Shown here one piece after another: positions 55,105 to 64,000 of a stretch of 64,000 bases of DNA. A model generated the notes under the pieces. That model searched no databases. It was given only the letters and a program-made list of their open reading frames with translations, and was not told the origin of the DNA. The translations under genes were made by a program, and so were the position numbers. Source of the DNA: the human T2T-CHM13v2.0 reference genome, Homo sapiens. Every line of letters begins with the position of its first letter. Positions within the stretch are counted from its first letter, which is position 1. The stretch lies in NCBI RefSeq assembly GCF_009914755.1, contig NC_060925.1. One strand, given 5' to 3'.

Positions 55105-55796
55105 GGGACAAGACACAGGGAGACCATGCAGGAGGCATCACAATAGTCACTGGGGTCCATGCTGATGCAGTCGCCATAATGATGGAGAGGCTGGTGAGAA
55201 AGGTATTTGATGAGCTATAGTGAAGTGAACACAGATATTCTTCATGGAAAGATAAGGATGGAGGGTGGAGGGGAAGAAGCAGAGGCCCAGCAAACAGAGA
55301 AGTACCACTGCCTCCCACATCTCATACACTATAAATGAAGATAGACAGAAGGAAGCTAATTGGAGCCATTTGCAGCCTAAATGGAACTGCTTCCTCATCC
55401 CTCCAATGGGACAGACCCACCTGGGAAACCAAGCATCCAGAGCAGCCAGTATTTAAGAGCTTGCTCGTTCAAGCACATCACTGCTAAATGAGCCTCTCAT
55501 GCCATAGCGGAGACACTGGCATTCTGGAGTTCCAGAACAGGGTCAGGGACCTGGCCCTCAGCTAAGATGCTCCTTCAGCTTCATCCTTCAGTGGGCAAGC
55601 TGCTCACCTGGCATCGATGCCCCATGCAGAGCCCACACAACAACAGGAGCAGGCCACAACGTTGCCCAGACTTCTAGCTATGGTCAGCGTGTTGCTTCTC
55701 CATGAGCTGAGCCAGCAGCTTGGGAGAAAGAGAAATGGGTCCCAATTAAGGGCTGCCTCAAGCTGTGGCAGGATGTCAGCAGGTCCCTCCAGCTAC

Positions 55797-55798
<2 letters not shown>

Positions 55799-55847
<49 letters not shown>
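55799..55847. repeat. (AC)~24 microsatellite
   Basis: Direct reading. Confidence 0.95.
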
Positions 55848-55850
<3 letters not shown>

Positions 55851-56128
55851 CTTTCTCCTATTCTTTCTTACAAAGCTGGGTCAGCATTCACTGCCTCAAA
55901 TTCTGTCACAAAACCTAAGGCTCAGCTCCCTGCAAAGCAAAAAGAAAGCAGGAATGTGAAGCTTTCTGTGCCCTCATTCTACAAATGAACTTATTAATAC
56001 TTTCCACAAATGTCTTGATATAGATCCCTGAAATCTCTTCCTTGCATTTCCCCAGCAGAGGTCAGGCACTTTGCCAAGGGGACTCTTGGGTACCTACCTA
56101 TTGTTCCCAGACCAAGTTTGAACAATCC

Positions 56129-56313
56129 CAGTTGTTCCCAAACTTTAGTGTGCATCAGAATCACCCGGAAAGCCTGTTAAAATGCTGACTGCAGGGCCCC
56201 AGCCTCAGGGTTTCTGGTCCAGCAGGTCTGGGTGTCCCAAGGACCTGCATTCCTAGCATGTTCCCAGTTGATGCTGATACAGCACCTTGGGGACCACACT
56301 TTGAGAACCACTG
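56129..56313. mobile_element. MER5A
   Basis: gtgcatcagaatcacc..ggaccacactttgagaaccactg. Confidence 0.85.
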
Positions 56314-56396
56314 CCTTTACCCATTTCCAACTTTTTGCTTTTCTGCTTTTGACCTTCCTGCCTGTCCTCCAAATCCTTACTTTTCCACTGTTTCTT

Positions 56397-56536
56397 TTTT
56401 TCAATCTGTTTTTTTTATTTTATTATTATTATACTTTAAGTTTTAGGGTACATGTGCACAATGTGCAGGTTAGTTACATATGTATACATGTGCCATGCTG
56501 GTGTGCTGCACCCATTAACTCGTCATTTAGCATTAG
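56397..56536 (-). mobile_element. Young L1PA2/3-type 3' end (~130 bp)
   Basis: Near-consensus tatactttaagttttagggtacatgtgcacaatgtgcagg..; perfect TSD ccactgtttctt at 56385 and 56537. Confidence 0.92.
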
Positions 56537-57004
56537 CCACTGTTTCTTACATGTCTCCTAACTTGACTTTCCGCCCAAGCCCTTGGCTCCTCCGAGCTCC
56601 AGTGCAGCCATGCTACCTGTGGCCTTCATGACTAGACTCCCCCACCCAGCTCTGCCCCAGGAGGAAGGCACCAGCTGTGGCTCTCATGGGGCCTTTTACT
56701 TTTTAAGAACCCCTCTACATGATTCACCTTACATGTTGGAGAGGATTCTCTGTCCACACTAAGTGCTTATCAGAGAATAATCAAAGAGACTTCTCTTGTG
56801 TTGAGCAAGGGGATCCTGGGGTTAGAAATGCCCCCTACATCTCACTTCAGCCACAGAGGAAGCCCTATCTCACATATCAGGAAACTGAGCTGCACATCAG
56901 TTAGTGACTAGTCCAGAAAGGGTCCTGCTGGTTCACGACAGAGATGAGTGTCCCAGCCAGGTCTTCTGATGCCAGGTTCCTTGCTCTTCCCACTTGCAAT
57001 CAGC

Positions 57005-57440
57005 TTCTGTATCTGTTGGGAATGCTTTCAGCTGCAACTAACATAATCCCCAGGTAACAGTGGCCGAAACCCACCAAGGTGCATTTTTCTCATTCATGGT
57101 CATGTATTTTCTTAGAAGTCTGGAGGTAAGATGTTTTAGGACTAGGTCAGTGGTTCACTGATTATCAGGGCACAGGCGGCCTTTGCAATTCTCTGACCTT
57201 TATCTCAGGATCACAAGATTGCAGTCACAGTTCAGGGATAGTATTCTCCCTATGGCCATGTTAAAGCCAGCACATAGGGGCTTACAAGATGCAGATTTTC
57301 CCCTGACTTGTTTCTCTCTTATGAAGGAGGAAGCTCCCTCTCCCAGCTGATTTCCCCTTACACCCATTAGCCAGAACTAGACAGGCAGGGAAGTTCTGCT
57401 ATCAAAGAGAAAAGATGGTGATAGCTTTGGGGCAAGCAAC
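57005..57440 (-). mobile_element. Old MLT1 (J/K-like) LTR
   Basis: gggaatgctttcagctgcaactaaca..cccattagccagaact. Confidence 0.55.
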
Positions 57441-57669
57441 CAAGACGGTGTACCACAGCATCCTCCTGAAATAAGTGTCCCACAGGATTCTGGAAGCTTC
57501 TGGATGGCCAACACATTCAAGCCTATTGGACTGTAAAACCGCTGATCTGTGTCCTAGTCTTCTTTCTGTTCTCAGTGTCTGACACACTAAATCTGTGCAT
57601 TCAACACACATCAATTCATTCCCATGTGCCTGCTACGTATCAAACACTGCAGCAGGCATTGGACCAGGA

Positions 57670-57850
57670 TGGCATAGTAGAAAGGGCATGAGCTTTAGAA
57701 TCAGACCGGATTATCTTCAAATCTCACCATTTTCAAGCTGTGTGACCTCAGGCAAGCCGCTTCACCTCTCTGTGCCTCACTTTTGTCATTGCAGAGTGGT
57801 CATGAAGACTTAACACACATCAGGCACGGGACACATAGTCATTCAATGGA
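57670..57850 (+). mobile_element. MIR
   Basis: gctttagaatcagac..agctgtgtgacctcaggcaag..cacctctctgtgcctca. Confidence 0.7.
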
Positions 57851-58207
57851 TGAGAGCTGATGATAATGACCTAAGAAGGGGTGGCACATGGCACACTGGC
57901 CACACCCTCAATTAACACACTGCCAAGTCTCAGGACTCACAACCCAGCAAAAGAGATAGACAACAAAACACAAAATCACAGCGTAATGGGACAGGAGTGG
58001 AGATGGCACTAAAACAACACAGAGAAGGGGGTGGCCAATGCATCTACGCACTTACAACAGCTTTCCCACACAGCACCTTAGCAAGCGGGTCTGATCTATC
58101 TCACCACTGGGCGGGGGGGGGGGGGGGGTGGTGGGGGCAAAGGGATGAGTCACCATCATGCAGAGCTTCAGTTCCTTTGGAAAGCCACCATGAAAAACAT
58201 GGAATGA

Positions 58208-58502
58208 GGCCAGGTGTGGTGGCTCATGCCTGTAATCCCAGGACTTTGGGAGGCCTGGGCGGGAGGATTGCTTGAGGCCAGGAATTTCAGACCAATGTGG
58301 GCAACATTGTGAGACCTCCTCTTTATAAAAAATAAAATAAAATAAGCTGGGCATGGTGGTGTGGACCTGTAGTCCCAGCTACTTGGGAGGTTGAGGCAGG
58401 AGGATCACTTGGGTCTGGGACGTTGAGGATGCAGTGAGCATGATCATGCCACTGCATGCCATCGTGAGTGACAGACCAAGACCCTGTCTCAAAAATAAAA
58501 AA
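58208..58502 (+). mobile_element. AluJ
   Basis: ggaggattgcttgaggccagga; ggaggatcactt. Confidence 0.9.
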
Positions 58503-59328
58503 TCTAGGAGATAGGCATGATGATTAACTCCATTATCAGTTGAAGAAACAGAGGCACAGGGAGGTAATACATTTGAACCCCAGGCCCCAACTCTGGAGCC
58601 TGTGTTCTCACCATTACGTTACACTGCCTCCCTGAGATGGGTTACAAGGCATCTTCCCTGCTCAAGGACTCTGTTTGGCAGATGCCATTTGCTTACCTGG
58701 GGGATATCCAGGTGAGGCTGGATTTGAATGTATTCCCACCATGAAGAGCGGCTGGCAAGGCCTCATCACACCTCAACTCCCTGCCTAGTCCAGATAGGAG
58801 GGGGATTCTGTACTCCATTCTGTACTTCCAAGGGGATGTGGGCAGAATGGCACAGGCCCAAGTGATGCCAGTGGTACCTCAGCTCTTGGCAGTATTTCTT
58901 CTTCATTGTCGTTGAAGTCCTGAATTCCCAGGCCATGCTGCAGGATCCTCCATCCCTTTCCTGGCCCCTCATCTACACCAGCTTCTAGGCTGGGCACCAG
59001 ATACAGGCAGAGATGTTGTACCAGATTCAACCTCAGCCCCTGAAGGGCTCAAGATCTAGGAAAGAACACAAAAGACCAATGTTTGCAAGGCTGCCTGCAG
59101 AAGCTTAGAGGAAGACATCTCACCCAGCCTTGGAGAAATGATGGTTAGGGGAGTCTACAGTGAGATACTGCAAGATACCGCACACTGGCTCATGAACAGA
59201 GCCCAGCCAGGTGAAGCATTTGGGAGAGGTGATAATAATAACAGCAAACACTTACTGTGGCAGGCGCCTGTCTAAACACTCCACTGAAGTTAATTCACCA
59301 GGATTCAGAAACAACCCAGTAAGGTAGG

Positions 59329-59691
59329 TGATAGGATTTGGCTGCGTCCCCACCCAAATCTCATCTTGAATTGTAGCTCCCATAATTCCAACGTGCTGGG
59401 GGAGAAACCCAGTGGGAGACAATTGAACCTTGGGGGCAGTTCCCCCATACTGTTCTCACGGCAGTGACTAACTCTCACAAGATCTGACAGTTTTGTAAGG
59501 GGAAACCCCTTTCACTTGTCTCTCATTCTCTCTCTTACCTGCTGCCATGTAAGACATGTCTTTCTCCTTCCACCATGATTGTGAGTCCTCCCCAGCCACA
59601 CGGAACTGTAAGTCCGTTAAACTTCTTTTTCTTTATAAATTACCCAGTCTTGGGTATGTCTTTATCAGCAGTGTGAAAATGGACTAATATA
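59329..59691 (+). mobile_element. THE1B-like MaLR solo LTR inserted in a MIR (~59230-59830)
   Basis: tgataggatttggctg...ggactaatata; TSD gtagg. Confidence 0.9.
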
Positions 59692-60999
59692 GTAGGTATG
59701 CCTATCATCTCCATTTTAGAGATAGGAAACTGAGGCACAGAAAGGTTAAAGAGCTTGTCCAATATCATTGAAATAGTAGACAGTGAAGCCAGCATCTGGT
59801 TCTGGCCTCTGGGCTCTCAACCTCCACACCATGCTGGAGAGTGTTCCCTGCTGAACAGCAGCTCCTGCAAAGGCCTGGGCACCTGGCAGCAAGGTCCACC
59901 CAGGGCAGCCAACAGTGGTGAGGCTGGAGAGACCAGCAGTCAGCTTTTGTTCACTGACACAGCTATGGAGCGGGCTGACAGCAGTCCAACCATGCACCAT
60001 GCGGGAAAGCCGGTCAGTTCTCTCCACTCCCCTGGCTGATTGACAGCAGACCCATAGACTCAATCCCCAAAGACCTAACCCTGATTCCAGCCCCAGCCTG
60101 AACCCAGCCTCGGTTTCTGCAAAACCTTCCCCAGTTAATTAGATACATGGAGATCATCCAACCCACCAGGCAGTTTTCCACACTCCCTCCTCACTGTCTG
60201 CTCTCACCCCTGCCTGGTCTGGTATCCATAATGCATTTTCACAACTTATGTATGCCCTTTATGGGATCTTTTAATATCTCTCCTCAAACCACACCTGGCT
60301 AATTTGCTAAGCACTGAACCAAAATCCAGAACCACCCAGCAGATAAATTAAGGAACAACTGTTTCCCTTTCAGGAAGATGGACCAAAAAAGTCACCAAAC
60401 AGCAAACTCTTTTTCAATGCCAGTGCATTATAGAAGGATTCTATTTTTAAATCAATCCACAAATGTTTGTCCTATTGATTTTGTTGATTTGTTTATATAT
60501 ACCCTGTCTCATTCCACTAAAAAAAAGGCTTGTGCAAGTTTCAAAATACATGTAACAATTACAATAAATAGATGTAGAGTCAGGACAAAGAAAAGCAAAG
60601 GTAGGAAATAAAATAATGCAAGGAGTTTTATTCAGCTTCAAAATATCCTGTACAGTTTGCTTTGGTTGGGTAGCTTGCTGAGTTTGAGCTTCCTGGTGGC
60701 CAAGGCAAGGACAAGTGTATTCATTAAACAGATTCCTAGGGCTCCACCATCAGTGGGGGGGCCTGCCATTCACCCACCCCTGATGGCACAGTTGCTTATC
60801 TTTGAACACAGATGGGCAATGGTCCCCAAGGCCCAGACAAGCCACCTTCTCGACCAGCGATGTCCCTTCCCCTGGGCTCCTAGAAGTTCTTACTCTTAAG
60901 ATAAGAAGGGGTGGGCTACCCTCTTTTGAAGCCTCCTAGGTTCCAGGCATTGTGCCAAGTACTCTATGTGTCTTAACTTACCTAATCCCACATCTATGA

Positions 61000-61895
61000 G
61001 GTTCAAATTTCCAGCTCCAACATCTACTTGGAACCCAGGTTCTTCCAGAAATTACTGGTTACTTAGATGTCTCAAAGTCACACCGAACTCACTGTGTCTA
61101 AGTTGACCCCTCATAATCTCCCCATCCACTCATCCAGTCTCTTTCCTGTGCTTTGGGGCTTAGCGAATGTCGCCACCATCCGGTGGCTCAGGCCAGACCT
61201 GATGAATCATCCTTATCTCTGTCATGCCCATAAAACACCTACTATCAAGTGCTGCCAGCCTTACCTCCTAAACAGTTCCTGAAGCCCTCACTTCTCTTTA
61301 CTGCATCTGCACCTCCCTCCCTTGACTGGCCACCTCCTCTTGTGTGAGCCCCTCCAAGAACTTCTCACCCTGGTTCCTCACATCAACTCTGGTTCCTCTA
61401 ACACACCCTTCACTCTGAAGCCAGAATAATCTTGTCAAGACATAAAACACATCTGACTTCAGCAATCCTGATTAAAACCCCTCACTGGCTTCCCCTTATT
61501 CTTAAGATGGAGACCACAGCCCTCAGAGTGGAGAACAAATTGGCTCCTGTCCACCTCTCCGATTGCACTGCAAATCACAGCCCTATTGGCTCTTCTCCAG
61601 CCTCACTGGCCACCTCCTCCTTCACTGTGCCTAGGACGCTCCTTCATGCCATTCTGCTCATCCATCAGCTTTTCCTAGCCATCACCTCCTCTGGGGAGCC
61701 TTCTCTGACCCCCGTCACTAGTCAAATCCTGCTTAAGCTTTCCTAGTGCCCCACACCTCCCCTTTGAGGCCCTCATCCCAGCTGGGAGGATGGGAGCCCC
61801 TCAGGCTGGCCTCACTGTCTGCACTTACACCCTTTCCATAACAAGCAGTTGATTAGCCCTTGATAATATTTGTTGAATGTTGTTGAATGAATAGA
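61000..61895 (+). mobile_element. L2 3' region
   Basis: ttaaaacccctcactggcttccc..atcacctcctctggggagccttctctgacc..tttgttgaatg. Confidence 0.7.
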
Positions 61896-61904
61896 TTAGA
61901 GGCT

Positions 61905-62400
61905 TGTCACAGACCAAATGATGGCTGCTAAAGATATCAGGTCCTAATCCCTGGAACCTGTAAATATTACTGTACTTGGAAAAGGGTCTTAGCAGACGTG
62001 ATTAGGTGAAGGATCTTGAGATGGGCAGATTATCCTGGATTATTCGGTGGACCTTAAAAGCCATCAAATGTATCCTTATAAGAGGGAGGCAGAGGGAGAC
62101 TTGAGACACAGAGGAGAAGGTGATGTGAAGACAGGGCAGAGAGAGATTGGAAGACACTGGCCTTGCAGACTGGAGTGACAAAGCCACAAGACAAGAAGTG
62201 CCACAGCCACCTGAAGCCAGAAGATGCAAGAAGCAAATTCTCCCCTCGAGCTTCTGGAAGGAGCACAGCCCTGCACACACCTTGATTTCAGCCCATTGGT
62301 AGCCGATTTGGACTTCCGGCCTCCAGAACTTTGGAAGAATAAATGTGCGTTGTTTTAAGTCACTAAGTTTGCAGTAATGTGTTACAGCAGCCAAAAAGAC
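61905..62400 (+). mobile_element. MLT1C/D MaLR LTR
   Basis: ctaatccctggaacctgt..gattatcctggatt..aataaatgtg..gttttaagtcactaagtttg. Confidence 0.85.
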
Positions 62401-62999
62401 CTAAGGTGAGGCTCACAGATGATGAAACCCAAGCTCAGAGAAGCTAAGTTATTTGCCCAAAGTCACATGGCTAGTCCAGCCCTGCCCTCCCCTCAATCTT
62501 CTCCAGGAAGCTATTTAGAGAAAGTTGACTTTTCCAAAATGAAAACCCAAGTGGGGCTGAGGTTACTGGGGAGCAATGAGAGCTCACAGTCCCCAGACCA
62601 GGTGAGGGGAATTGGGCCCCTCTCAGCATGCACGGAGCCAGCTCGGGTCCTGGCCTCTTCTCCGTCTCTTGTTCTGAGGATCCAGATCCCAGCTAATCCC
62701 CTCACCTCGAACTCCAGGAGAGGACCCTTCTCAGGACTTGATTATTCCCAGCAGAGTCCCTCAAGAAACTGGGCAATGACAGCCAGGAATTATCCAAAAG
62801 CTCTGGCTTGATCACTCCTGAGCCACGAAGCCTTCTTGCTAATGTCTCCCTTCAGAAAGTTCCAGGCCCCTGCCTCTTTGTTTCCTCCTTCCCTTGCTCC
62901 TTTCCTTCTTGCCACTCCTGGCATCATGCAGAGAGTGAAGCCAGTATGGATATCACCTTGACAGCCGTCTTGCTAGGGGAAGCTAAGACAAGAACAGTG

Positions 63000-63220
63000 C
63001 TACGATGAACTGAGCGCAACATGCCCCAGGCACATGCTAGGTACTCTCACATGGCACACCTCAACAGGCTGAACAGCCAGGCAAGATAAGTGGTACCCAT
63101 CTTGCTGTTGGGGAAACTGTGGCTTAAAGAGACCAAGAGCTCAGTTACCCAGCTAGGAAGTGGCCAAGTTGGGATTCAACCAGGTTTGCCTGACTGCAGA
63201 TCTAGTGCTTTTCCCACCCA
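63000..63220 (-). mobile_element. MIR
   Basis: gggaaactgtggcttaaagag..cagctaggaagtggc..gggattcaacc. Confidence 0.65.
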
Positions 63221-64000
63221 CCCCATGATCTCCAGTCCCAGCCCAGGAGAAACTGCTTCTCCCTTAATAGAGAAGACACCCAGGGGTCCTGCTTTCTCAG
63301 CCTGTCTCCACCAAGTCTTCTGCCCTGAGTTTCCATTTATCCATCCAAAAAATGAAGCAACCACCCAACCTAGCCCAAGCCCACTCAAGGCAAACTCATG
63401 CAAATCAAATGCAATAATAGACGAGGAGCTGTTTTGAAAGTAAAAGTTTCGTGCCTGGGATTATTATTGTAAATACTGTATACTCAACTCTTGATTTCCC
63501 ACACTAATGGGAGGGAGCAGTGGCGCAGATAATTAAAAATGTGTTTATATTTGGCTCTGGAATGTGTTTTTGTTGTCATATTTGGAGATGGGTGGGTCTG
63601 ATGTTCTGGGAATTCAGTGTGACTTCATAATCCTTCTGAAAAAAAAAAAGAAAAAAAGAATAACAAATGCTTGTCTTGAGAGCAACCAGAAAGTCACTCC
63701 ATGCTGAGTCTCAGCTGGTATCCCTGTCTCTGCTAAGAATGGCAGTGTCACCTCCAAGGTAGATGCAAACGCACCCAGCCTGGCAGAGCTTTGAAATAAA
63801 TGACTATTGTTGCTTTAAACCACTGGATTTTCAGATGGTGTGTTATGCAGCAGTAGTTAACTAATACACCCCCAATTCCACATTCCTAGGAGGTCTGTGT
63901 CCTCTCCAAGATTTCTATGAATTCCTGGTCACGTTGGAGTCCAACTTCTTTTAATCCTTCCATCTGTCCCCCCGCCCCTCCTTTCCTCCCACATTGTTCC

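Overview
Primate genomic DNA, almost certainly human. The content matches the KLHDC7A locus (1p36.13, upstream of PAX7; location recalled, not checked against a database). The only credible protein-coding gene is single-exon KLHDC7A (11081-13414, +, 777 aa): N-terminal hydrophobic anchor, long low-complexity linker, BACK-like helices, C-terminal kelch repeats, and a ~2.7 kb 3'UTR ending at an AATAAA plus genomic A-tract near 16058-16097. A processed DYNLL1/LC8 copy with an intact 89-codon frame lies at 43174-43443. The rest is mostly transposon-derived (Alu, MIR, L2, old L1M/L1P, MaLR/ERV LTRs, hAT/Tigger/MADE1 elements) plus microsatellites. Repeat subfamily names come from recalled consensus sequences and need RepeatMasker/Dfam confirmation. 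I found no convincing new gene system. The most interesting sequence-level observations are: (1) a 30-bp inverted templated insertion at a DYNLL1-retrocopy/Alu junction that looks like a repair scar; (2) a retrocopy-like AT-rich block that appears to supply KLHDC7A's poly(A) site; (3) a non-transposon array of four ~30-bp palindromes rich in forkhead-type motifs; (4) two SOX-OCT composite motifs, one a perfect compressed SOX17/OCT4 site next to a GATA site; (5) a 233-bp local duplication upstream of KLHDC7A.
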